This document shows positions 35,172 through 47,033 of a stretch of DNA of 64,000 nucleotides, one piece after another (the stretch's first letter is position 1; the number at the start of each line of letters is the position of its first letter). The position numbers were made by a program, and so were the translations under genes. Below the pieces are notes generated by a model. The model had not been told where the DNA came from. It was given only the letters and a program-made list of their open reading frames with translations, and did no database searches. The stretch covers positions 24,394,934-24,458,933 of the forward strand of contig CM120645.1 of assembly GCA_051362555.1 (NCBI GenBank), read 5' to 3'. The DNA is from Lingula anatina. Taxonomy: Eukaryota > Animalia > Brachiopoda.

Positions 35172-37829
35172 TCACGTGAATGATATCTGCAAGTACAAAG
35201 AAATGGATTTAAAAATGCCAGCAACTTCATTCAGTAAATTTTGTTAATGGGAGTCCTCACAATCAATTACGCTTAAACCTAGCAGATGTCTTTGACCATT
35301 GCTGTAAAGCCATTTTCAGTTTGGTTGAGAATTTGCATTAAATGTGACAAATAAAGAACAACAGTTTTTGGCACAGTTCTGTGTATAATTTGTTGACATT
35401 AAATTTCAAGGGACAACAAAAACCAAAGACCATCCTATTGTGCCTATGGCACTATCAATGTGAAGTGTCATGGCTGACATGGTCTCCACCTACCTGATTA
35501 GAATAGCCCCCAGAATAGATGACGTTCGGTTGGCCAGCAAGGTCAGAGGTCAGAACACTGCTGGTTAAAATGGTTTGTGCTGGAAAAAAATGGGAGATAT
35601 TTCAGTTTCAATCAACTGCTTTGGGATAAGTTAATACTGTCAGGAAGATTCTGATGAAACATACAAAGATACATCTAGATAACCATTTTGTGTTATATTG
35701 CAGTTACGACTCATTCTAGCACTGCTCAAAAATCTTTGGCAATTTAAACATAATCAAAATTTGTGTCATAACTTACCAAAATATATGTTATGATGAGCAT
35801 AATACAACATTTGTTGTTAACAAAGACACAATGCTCAGCAATGGAAAACACGCAGTTTAATCTCTCAGTCTGATAACATTACCTAGAGATTCATCTCCTG
35901 TGAGCTCTAAGACTCCACTTGTATCACTGTCTAGACCACTGCCCATCCCCTTCTCTCCCTTACTGGCCTGGAGAACACAGTGAACACAGAGAACATTATA
36001 TTTTCTGGTAATTTTACTTCCAGAACCTGCTCACAAGTACAGTCATAAATACCAACTTGTGCTCAGTATTTTCAATTGTCAACAGCATCAAAATTTGAAA
36101 CAAAGCCTCAACTGTTTTTTCAACTAAACTGTATTTACTCAGCCTTTCACTTATTTTTATATGTAATAAGTATCTATGACACAGAGTTCTACACACCAAA
36201 ACTTGACATTATGTAATTTTTGTAGCATTATCTTTAACATGTGCAGGAGGTTTTATAGAAATATTTACCTCTCTAAATTTTTGTAAATATATCTTCAGTG
36301 GTTCTACGTAATTATCAAAACCAAGAGTTGACATGGCAAACAGAATATCCTCCCCATTGATCGTCTTTCGCTTTTCCTGATGACAGCGCTCGCTGGCTCT
36401 GAGATATGGGGTTAGGGAAAGATGATATGGTATGGGGAAGAACATAAATACATATTATTATATATTTATAATATCCTCATTGTCAAAGTTGTAGTTGTAA
36501 ATTATTTGTGCAGTTTAGGTGATCAAAGCTGTACAAATCAACTTAAAACATAAACTGAAAATTTTGCAGGCTACAGAAAAAAAAATTGTCACTTTTTAAA
36601 AACTGCAACAAAGACTATAATACCCCGAAGACATGAAATTCTTTAACATCCCACATTGTTTAAGGACAAGGATACTCGCTGGTGATAAAGCTGACAAATT
36701 CTGACACACACTCCTGGCCACACTCCTTGGCATCTTTGGCAATCTGGAAGAGCAGGTGGTTACACTGAGTATTATTTGTGTGCTGACAACTGACAAAGAA
36801 GTCACCTACAATTCTAAAAGGTCTCTAAGCACCAAGTTGCAAATAAATATAAATATTGCAAAATGTCAAGTTAAAAACAACTTAACATTTGCAAAAAGAT
36901 TTTGTAAAAATACAATCAACAATTCTTAAATTACTTAAATCTAATATTTCAGTTGGAATTCAATTAGGCAGAGGATTTTTCTTATGTTATATCTGTACAT
37001 ACCTTCCCCATCTTTGGCACAGCTTTCTTCATGATTCTTGCTACATTGGCAATGGGCAGAAACCTGTCCTGTAATAGGAATATATAAACTGTTTGTACAA
37101 TAAGCTTCTACTAGGAGAAATATCTTAAATATCTCTAAGTTTGATCAAACAGAATATTCTAATGTTGAGATTTATATAGTATGTAGAAATGAAACAGAAT
37201 TATAGCATACAAATTTGTATTCTGTTGGTCAAGCCTAAGTTCACTGATAGGATAACAAGAATCACTTTGTCAGAACACTCTACCAGTAAGCCATCACAGA
37301 ATTTCAAAACTGATTAAAATAGTTCATCTGATAAACTCATGTTTGCATATATGCAACCAAATACTACACTTGGATTTACAAGATCTGATCAGCCTCACCA
37401 TAACTCCTGTCAGTAAAAATAAAAGCTAAGGTGACAAACCTGTTCTCTGAGAGGCTCCTCACTTCCCTTGTCTTCTCTAAGACTGTCCTCAGCATCAGTT
37501 CCTCCTGCATGGCATAAAATAGTCATTTAACATTTCTTTCTCAATTGTCCATTATCACAAAACATTTCACTTCAAAACAGGCTTATTTGTGTCTAAATAA
37601 ACATGACAATACAATGCATTAGGCACTCTGTACATACACAAAGTTCTTCAAAAGAGTGTTGTTCAAGTTTATCCTCTAAAATATAAACATCAATTTGAAA
37701 AGTAATCATATTTTTGTGGCAAAGATAAATTTACAAATAGGAAGAGGCTGCACCTTGGAGATATGAGCTGTCTTGTAGGAAGGAATCCCCCAGTCCTGAG
37801 GCATCTGTAGCACCTTCACTGTTATCCAT
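35172..37829 (-). CDS. NFYB: Nuclear transcription factor Y subunit beta (histone fold)
   Basis: Exons: 37829 to about 37754 (donor uncertain), 37504-37440, 37068-37003, 36743-36676, 36398-36269, 35967-35883, 35579-35494, 35186-35172. Core sequence: [85 protein letters not shown]. Confidence 0.96.
36399..36675 (-). other. U12-type (minor spliceosome) GT-AG intron in NFYB
   Basis: 5' site GTATCCTT; branch site TTCCCTAAC about 12 nt upstream of the AG; no strong polypyrimidine tract. Confidence 0.9.
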
Positions 37830-38699
37830 TTCCCTGTAAAAGGGAAAATATTTAAAACAAAATTATTTAAATATAAGGACATGGTTGTCCACGACATAAT
37901 TGGCCCTCAAATCACCATTTTTTCCTTGGTAAGTTGGTATTCATATGAGTGATTACAGTCTTACTTCATGGTTCAAGTCAGGGCCAGGGATGTCACATAA
38001 ACTATTTTCAAGACTTTGCCCCACTCCAAAAAACAATTTGGCAAAAAAAATGATTGGGAAGGAGTTTCTAAAATCCAATTTATATCAAGTAACTGATCCA
38101 TTAGCAAGTCACTTGCATCATGATCTGCTGGCAAGTACAACTTAAATTCTAATTGCCTAGCTACAGATTTACTTGTGATGGGTAAATATATACCTATTTT
38201 CCTAGTAGGTATGTAAAGTCCTGAAGGGTTTCATACAGTTGATAGAGATTTGTAATGACATAAAAAACTAGCCTTATCTTGAAACTGCTCTTTCAGTAAA
38301 CAGGGGCAGAAAAGGGAATAAGTATAAACTGTGTGAACAAACTCTTTCTAGGTAATCTGCTGAGCTGGGGCATGCTCAGTGGTGATTGGGGTGGGACAAC
38401 TTTTGTGAATGTGCTTCTGGTGAAGGTGGGTGACAAAGGAAACTATAAGTTGCAAGTCAGTATTTCTTCTCCCTCCACTACGGCAGCCAACATTTGCTTT
38501 GGTACCTAATTTTTGATTAGTCTACAGGTCATTTTCTTCTAGCTGTAACATTTAGATAAGATTACAATTACAAACAAAAAATGCAACATTAAATAAACAG
38601 TGGTCGTCGTGTCAACACTAATTCCAAATCCAGGTAACCATGCATTACTTCCAGAATAAGTACACGACCCATACTCAATGACTGCAACTACACAAAGCT

Positions 38700-39420
38700 A
38701 AAAACCTGCAACAATACTGGAAAATGGCGGCGAACAACAACCGCTTCCATTCCAATAACTTATGACCTTTTCCCAATATAGATAACTTCTAATCTACTCA
38801 ATACAAGAACAATTGGGCCGATCGCCACTTTAAACTTCGTACATCGTAAATCTATTGGTTGGTTTTGACAATACTACCGACCTGTTGGTGTGTGCAGAGA
38901 TTGGTTGGTCAGCAGAGAGCCAGTGGCAGACGAGGAGGAAGACGTCCGCTGCTACACCTACCGCTAGCCTCCCTCCGTCACGCGCGATATATATTAAGCA
39001 ATATTCCACTTAATGCGAACAAACCTAATAAAGATCTCTCAAGTGATGCAAACTACATTCACACCTTTTGCTTGAAAGGGATTTTGTTTATCATACCATC
39101 GATGCAATGATTTGAAGCAGCAGTTTAAAACACCGAATGGTAAATCGCAACTGATGGAATGCTCGAAGAGTGCTTGAATGCGCGAACAAAAGAAGTCGAC
39201 AAAGCACTTATAAAAATAGCTAAGTAATTTGCATAATATATCCACATGTATTGTTGTTTGTCTATTATGTTTACGAAGTTTGAGAAGAGGTGAAATTAAT
39301 CTCAATGGGTGAATTTTTCATGAAAAATTTCCCATGTATCTCTGCGCGGGAGGGGATTTCCTCCTTCTTTCCTGCTTTCGTCAGTTCCGTCACGTGTAGG
39401 GCATAAACAACAAACGGACA
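38700..39420. promoter_or_regulatory. Putative bidirectional CpG-rich promoter of NFYB and UBL4A
   Basis: CpG-rich patch within CpG-poor DNA. YY1-like AAATGGCGGCG at about 38722; ATTGG (CCAAT) boxes at about 38812, 38854 and 38900; CACGTG at about 39390. Confidence 0.65.
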
Positions 39421-39422
39421 CC

Positions 39423-41162
39423 ATGTTACTGGTTGTAAAATTTTTGGGTAAATCGGAGCAGTGCAGTTTAGAGGTGTGTTTTCTTTGGTTTGATTATACT
39501 TTTTGGTAAACGGTCAGATTCTTCTGGTATTTAGTTATTAAAGCAGTACGTTATTTAGGGATAATAACTCTTCGTATTCATGTGAACAACTCATAGAAAT
39601 GCAATATATTCTGTTGTACCACAAAAACGGCAGTTATAGCTATTATTCTGATATCTGAGCTTGTCTTTAGATCATGTGATCTCCATTGATGACTAATAAA
39701 CATCTGTTATAATCTCTTAAGAAAAAAAAACAATGTATTGAATGTAAAAATGGATTCATTATCCATTGGTAAATATGGGTAAAAATTGTTGTTTACTCCA
39801 GGAAAATTCATTTTTTGGCCAAAACGAAGAGTTATTATCTCTTTAAGCTTTTGTTAGGTGTGCATGTCTCTAATTTCTGTCTACTGGTATCACACAATGA
39901 AATGTGTAGCACTAGTAGTAGACTATAGTATCAGCACTGCCACGCTCATTCTTTGCTCGACACACAGGGAAGTTGGAGTTGTAGGGAAAAATTGATTCAA
40001 ATTTGGTATCTGTGGCAGGATTGTGTGGGCTAAAATAATGACAGGTGTAGAATCAATTATAAAATTGGTTAATTTAGCCGCCTGTAATATCAGTTTTAAT
40101 TAAAATTAAAATGTTATCAAAATTACTTCATGTTACATGTGCATTGTATCAGTCTATGCATTTTTTTCTCCCTCAATAGATTCAACACAGTGATACAGTG
40201 GAGACACTGAAGGAGCAAGTAGAGAAGTGTTTGGGTGTTCCCCCAGAACAACAGAGACTAGTGTTCAAAGGAAAACCTTTAGCAGGTGAAACACACATCT
40301 TCAATTTTCTATTTAATTATGTTGCTGTCCATGTACAATGAAGTTTGATGTGATATGTGATCATGAATGAAATTTGTTGTTTTCCTAAACTAATTCCGCT
40401 TCATCAATGTTATTAAGTAGTATATGTATAACCTCATAAATTGACACTGAATTAAGTGTGACTAGGAAAGCATGTGTATAATTTAAATTATTACATTTGA
40501 CAATTTTCAGATTCCCAAACACTCGGTGCCTATAAGCTGTCAAGTGGTGACAAGGTGTTTCTGACTCTCAAACCTGGTACAACAGCCACTGGTGTGCAAT
40601 CAGCAGGAACAAAAGAACTCAGAGAAGCCTTGGAGCAGACCTTGTTACGACATTTCAGTGCAAAAGATGCCAAGTTGGTTTTAAAGGAATTTGAAAAGGT
40701 GAGAAAACTCATTTGGAGGTTATAATTTCTTGTTATATCTACATACAGTAAATGTAACTGGAAACAAGATATATTATAGATAACTCTGTATTTTTGTATC
40801 CCTAAATTAATTATTACAATCGACTTTGTAGATGCAGTGCTTGTTGTAGACAGGCACAAAATAAAAAATTGTTTGCACTGACACATTATCAAGTGATATT
40901 CCATCCATGCCTTTATGTAGACAAGATTTTAATTTAAGTTTTAAGAATTTAAGTAGATTGCATAATCCCATCATTTGTGTTAACTGAAATATTATGTACT
41001 GATAGTGTAAAATTATTGTAAAAAGGACTTCTGAAATCAACACTTTTCTTGAACAAGAGCATACACTTTTTTTTTCAGATATATGGAAAATGTATAAAAA
41101 GTTTAAACCTAGATGATATAGAGAGACTTTCAGCTGGTAGTCTACAGGCTAGTGGTTCTTGA
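39423..41162 (+). CDS. UBL4A: Ubiquitin-like protein 4A (Get5/GdX; BAG6 complex)
   Basis: Exons 39423-39473, 40180-40285, 40511-40698, 41079-41162. Ubiquitin-like domain MLLVVKFLG..TVETLKEQV..GVPPEQQRLVFKGKPLAD without a C-terminal GG. C-terminal RHFSAKDAKLVL..SLNLDDIERL is the UBL4A tail motif. Confidence 0.88.
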
Positions 41163-41355
41163 TCCTTGATATATCAACTGACTTCACAGGAGATGATATA
41201 GAGAGACTTTCAGCTGGTAGTCTACAGGCTAGTGGTTCTTGATCCTTGATATATCAACTGACTTCACAGGAGATGATATAGAGAGACTTTCAGCTGGTAG
41301 TCTACAGGCTAGTGGTTCTTGATCCTTGATATATCAACTGACTTCACGGGAGATG
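41111..41355 (+). repeat. 80-bp tandem triplication covering the UBL4A C-terminal codons, stop codon and proximal 3'UTR
   Basis: Units at 41111, 41191 and 41271 are near-identical (agatgatatagagagactttcagc...acttcacagg). Confidence 0.95.
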
Positions 41356-41989
41356 GAACACAGCATTTTGAATGGAAATAAGTACAAATATGGTGTACTG
41401 TGACATAAGCCCAGAAAACCTCAAAGAGATGCCGTCATTCTTCTTCCAGCCTTCTGATTGAGGGATTCATGTCTTTTAGAGAAGAAGTTACCTCATATTG
41501 AACATGTTGTCCTGTAATGTCACATACTGAAGATCAAAAGACAAATACTGAGATAACAATGGCATATTATTACAGATATTACATCCAAATATTGCACAGT
41601 CTGGATATATTACAGATATTGTATCCAAATATTGCACAGTGTGGTTATATTACAGATATTACATATATGTTTTTATGTAATTATTGGAGTATTTATTACA
41701 CAGTGTTTATAAATTGTACATGGGTTAACAGAAAATGGAATAGCCTATGGATATTGGTATTTTAGAAAAGCTAACAGTGTTAACATGGGGATTATATCAA
41801 CTGGACATTAAGTCCTAGCAATTATATTATTTAATCACAAAGTACATGATCCATGGATCAAGAAAACTCCCAGCAGCTGCAGACTACATTGATTTGGCAC
41901 ATGCCCCAGCCAGAGGAGTCCCAACTAAGTTCATTTCTTATCCATTTCTTGGATTACTGTCAGTCTTTATAGGTGGTTACATTGGTACC

Positions 41990-42232
41990 TAGGAGACCAT
42001 TCCCAGAGCCTATAGTACTAACTGTGGATTCTCATTAAATTGAAATCAACTAAAGTGGCTTAGATGTCTGTAACACCTACTGTAGCTGCTAGGGGATAAT
42101 TAATTATCATTTAGCAGCTTCAGTAGGCGTGACAGATGTCTAAGCTACTTAAGCTGAATGCAATTTAGAAAGAAACCCCTTGGAGATGGACTGATCTTGT
42201 TAGATCAATCTAGGTATGGGAACCCAGTCTAG
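41990..42232. mobile_element. Diverged inverted relative of MITE family A
   Basis: Segments cattcccagag, ggcttagatgtc, cctactgtagctg, ggggataattaa and tagatcaatcta match the reverse complement of 23069-23283. Confidence 0.5.
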
Positions 42233-42864
42233 GAAAACAAGCTGGAAGGGATCTTTGGTATTTTTGGCAGGCCTAGATCTACTAACATCTGAGCACTACC
42301 AGCTGTGGACTTAAAAGAGGCAGCTTTTTATAGATCACTGTGACTTAAGATGAATAAAGATGAAGCTTGGCATACTATGTATAACATACTATTTATAATT
42401 TACTGGGTTTCCCTGAGCAAGGGGAGTTATTATGTAGTTAATTTTTGTTAAAGTATTGTATCTATCCTGTGCTAGTGATGTTATGTGGGTTGTCAGGAAG
42501 CTGTCAAGATGAGTAAGTACACGTTATTAATGTTTCCATTGTTCGGTTTAATGCAAATTCTTTAAAGATAATATAGAGATACGATAGGAAATCTTAAAAT
42601 GGATTTTAAAGATAAAAAATCATTGTTTCCCTATCAAGTTGATATAATTTTGTTTGGCTTTCCATGATGACGCTGTGAAATGCCCCCATTAAATCATGTA
42701 TTTTTGTCATCATGTTTTATGGTAATAGACCACATTTTTTTCATCATGACAGTGACTTTATATGCATATGAATAACCGCCCTAAGGTGTGAAAGCCATTA
42801 CATGTGGTATTTCCACATCGAGGATTAATGCATTAATGATAGGAATATGTGTGGAGAAGCATTT

Positions 42865-43500
42865 ATACTTATTCAGAGAGTGGAATGAAGGAAAAGACAT
42901 TGGTGGTTGAAATAAGGAAGAAGTTGTTTAATCTCATTTGAGTCACACAGCGGAAAGAAGTGATATGAAGATCAGAGAACAAAAGATTAATGTTTGCCTC
43001 TGAGTAATATCACAGTCTGTTATGGTGCATGTAGACATGTTCTGGAATCTTTTGCAAGGATAATGTTATACAACAAGGTAGGTGGCTCTTGGAGAATATT
43101 TTTTAAAGCTCAGTAAGGAACTTTAGGGTCATATGTTTAAAACCAAGTGATCTAACTAGTCCGGGGATCAAACATGGTGCGACCCACTTGAAAACAAGCC
43201 AAGATTTACTTATTCCCCTGCTGGGACGGCGCGCGCGGGGAAAGGCAATTTTTACTTATTCAGAGAGTGAAATGAAGGAAGACAGCAGTTACAATACAGA
43301 AGAAGTTTATTTAATCTCCCACTGTTCATTCGAGGCACATATACATAGAAAGCCATATGAAATTGCGAGAGCAGAAGATCGATGTCTACCTCTGCCTAAT
43401 ATTATAGTCTGCTATGGTGTGTATAGCCGTGTTCTGGGTACAAGGAAACTGTTTTTATACTATGCAGTTGCCTTATGGAGAATATTTTTCACAGCTCAGA
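42865..43500. repeat. Diverged direct duplication of about 240 bp
   Basis: tacttattcagagagtggaatgaagga...ggagaatatttttt at about 42866-43105 recurs at about 43254-43500. Confidence 0.75.
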
Positions 43501-45640
43501 AAGAAACTTGGCAAATTTCTCGCAGTATAACGCAGGCGATTACTCTTTCCAAGCTAACTCCACAGGAAGACGTGATCTCATTGCCTTTACACGAAAAGAA
43601 TGTCGGCTAGCTCATTGGACTTGATTCCCGCAGATAAATACAACTCACCACAGGATTATGTTGGGAATTTGGTATGAAAATGGCGGTGTCTTGGAGCTAG
43701 TGTCACACGCTATGTCCTCGGTATTCGATGTAGCTGACGTGACGTCTGTCCAGTACGAATCGCTTCCTTTATACACTGTCTCCCTGGAATTGGTGAAAAA
43801 CTGATAGCGACATGTTTAGAAAAGAAAGGTTGTCACAGTCACGTGTGAAAGTATCATCTTTTTGTTTTTAACTAGTAGGCAGAGTGAGACCACTACCCTC
43901 TACCAGGGCCACAGAATGATTTTTCACTAGATATTTACAGGTACGTCTTTAATTAATTCATGACACATTTCTTCACCGCGTCAGAGAAAAGTGCATATAA
44001 TTTGCGGTCGTAGTATAGGGTATGAGACTATCGTCTACCAAGGCCACAAATTTATTTCCCCCTAAATATTCACATATCTCTGGTTAATTCTATGCCCTTT
44101 ATACTGTTAGAAAATATTGAAATGACGTCATCACTCAGCTAGCCTCTTGTATAGAGTAGAATATGAGACCATATACCAGTGACCTTCTGCGTTCTTATTA
44201 TAATATGTTATAGACAGTTATATAGGCCCCTATTTTAAGAAGTGAGTAATCTGCATTTGACATTTACGGTAATAATAGTATATGCCGGCGCGGATTTCAC
44301 CCTTATTTATTTGCCTATAAATATAATCTTGGGGTTGCAGCGGAGCCGCCTCGTTGATTTTCATTTATTTTCAAGAACACTGGCCGCATCTTTGTGTACA
44401 GAAATTTGCCATAAAAGAATTTGCACTCACCTAAATCCTATATACCTTTCGTTGTTAGCTACGGTTGTCATAAACCTGCCCCTTCCCCGCTAGCGTTTGT
44501 CAGCGGACTAAATACATAAAGGTTCCTTGCCTCGCTGGGCTGAGGTGGAGAAAGTGACAAATATATTCATTGTATATTGTATTCAGTGACGGATCATGGA
44601 AGGGGAATGGGCCGAATGGCAGACCCCTCCCCCCCCCCCCCCCAAACAAAAAAAAAAACGGTTTAAGGAGCCAATCGAGACAAAACCAAATAACTTGATT
44701 CCCAACCCAGTTTCCCTACGTAGAGAAAATGTGATATTTTATATTTTTAATGAATATTATATTATGAATATATAATTTCATATTATAGTTGAGTATAAGA
44801 TGTTATAGCCCTTATAATATAAACTACCGACCTCAGTCCCTGTACTTGGTTGTGTACTGCAGATAAACTTCTGTTGTCTTGGCAAGTGTCAAAGGTGAGG
44901 GGGGAAGTTAGTGTATAGTGAGTTCCTCGTGGCGGTGAACGACTCTGCCTCCCCACGTGCCTGACACTGAGACTGCCTCGATAACGTTAGAAACGATACG
45001 TTCCCGCTTCCAGATACCGTGACTGAAATAAACATAACAAAGTATCACCATTCTTCTCTTGCTTCAGACAAATTCTAACTGACACACTAATATTGCCTGC
45101 TGGACAGGTAATGTAAGTAAATTTTGAAATAGTTGTCTAGTGTGCTGGAAATCACGCTGTTGCCTCCCCCCCCCCCCCCCCCCCCCCCCCCCCACCACCA
45201 CCGCCATACGCATCCCCACACCCCAGGCGCACACACGCACGTATATTACATAGAGTGCGCGCCTAACCTTGACAACGACAACTGCAAGGGAAACCAGATT
45301 GTTGTGCAGTCAAAACGCTTAATTGGCTCATGCTCTATGAACGCCGAGAGGGATTGTGTTAGATGCTCTTTGTTGTGATTAAGAGTTGCTTTTAGTTCAC
45401 ACTGAGTAGTCCTAGGAATGGAAGTCCGGGGTCCCATATGTTTAGTAGGGTAAGTCGGAGTAAGTGGGGTTAGTATATGTCTCCCGTACAAAGTAAAAGG
45501 GAACGGACTACGGTTCCTAGTGGACTACCATTCCTACCACACCGGCATGAAGACATGGTGAAACTAGAAAAACACTCCGAGAGCGCAGACCTCCGCCAAG
45601 GCAGCAATTTTGTATTATTATTGATTATTGATTGATAATT

Positions 45641-45802
45641 GATCCGGATCACCACCAAACAAAAACTAATCGTCTCTTCCTTGGCCCACTTCTGACAGTT
45701 CCTGAAAATTTCATCAAAATCGGTCCATAACTTTTTGAGTTATATTGACGGACAAACAGATAAACAGGGGTGAAAACATAACCTCCTTGGCGGAGGTAAT
45801 AA
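45641..45802 (+). mobile_element. 3' part of a non-autonomous Helentron/Helitron-like element
   Basis: gatccggatcaccacc..aaatttcatcaaaatcggtccataactttttgagttat, then ggacaaacagataaac, then the terminal hairpin acctccttggcggaggt followed by aataa; this layout is typical of such elements. Confidence 0.65.
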
Positions 45803-46016
45803 ACGTTTAACCAGGAGGCCCGATGCAATGGGTCGCACCTGTAGCGCAACATCAGATTGAACCTAGCCGACCGGAAACCTGAATTGAACGTAGTCGAAAC
45901 TGCTAAAATTTATCGTTCACAAAGCGCTTCTGAGCGAGGTTACTCGGAAGACCGACAATTACACCACTCATAAAGCACTCAAAATTACAAATTAAAATCT
46001 ACTTTTAATTCAAACC

Positions 46017-47033
46017 TCCAACATCGCCTTTTCTTAGAAGCTAGCCTACTTTCTGGAATGCTGGGGAATTTCAGCTAAAAACATTATATAGTGTGCTAAA
46101 AATTTCGTCCATCATACTTAATCGTAAGTGTTTGTCTGGCAAAACTCTGACAAAACGTCGACTTGGAAACAAAAAAAGCGGTGCATAAACATCATAACAA
46201 AGTGAACAAATAATCATCATTTTCTTTGGCATTAAACAGACTGAGAAGTTCTAATTCTAGCTTTCACTTCTACACACAAGAATCGACTCATTTCATATTT
46301 AGGACATTATAGGTTACTTCCTGGTTTTGCTTCATTGCACAGGGTACAAGACACGTTTCGTGGTCAAAGGCGCCGGTCTTGTCCTCACACCTAGTGATGT
46401 CCTAAGACGCTAGTGATGTGGTAAGACGCACGTACATGTAACAGCCCAGTTTAATACCGACGTGTTTAAGTTCCGTGCACTTTCCAAATGAGTATTTGAA
46501 GAGTTTTCGGTCTCTAACATCGCCTTAGAAGCTAGCCTACTTTCTGGAACTTTGTGGAATTTCAGCTAAAAATAGATTACATAGTGTGCTAAAAAAATTT
46601 GTCCATCATACTTAATCGTTAGTGTTTGTCTGGCAAAACTCTGATAATACATGTACGTCGACTTGGAAACAATAAAGTGGTGCATAAACATCATAACAAA
46701 GTAAACAAGTTATCATTATTTTATTTTACGTCAAACAGACGTAAGGTTCTAGGTTTTTTACTTTCACTTTTACACTAGCATCGATTCCTTCATATATCAT
46801 ATTTAGGTCGTTGTAGGGTAGGTTACTCCTGGTTACTTCCTGGTTTTGCGCCTGTCCACCTAAAACACGTTTGGGATCAAGGACCCCTGTGTAGTGATGC
46901 CCGAAGACACTAGTGATGTCCCAAGACGCTCATGATGTCCTAAGACGCACGTACATGTAACAGTCCAGTCAGTTCAGTACCGGCGTGTTTAAGTTCCCTG
47001 CACTTTCCAAATGAGTATTTGAAGAGTTTTCGG
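46017..47033. repeat. Two diverged tandem units of about 500 bp, probably internal to a Helentron-like element (about 45810-47420)
   Basis: aacatcgcctt..agaagctagcctactttctggaa occurs at 46020 and 46516, and both units end gagtatttgaagagttttcgg. Confidence 0.85.

Noticed and set aside
37636-37675. Possible extra NFYB microexon ([12 protein letters not shown])
   Set aside because: Splice phases fit only with weak donors; unresolved without transcripts.
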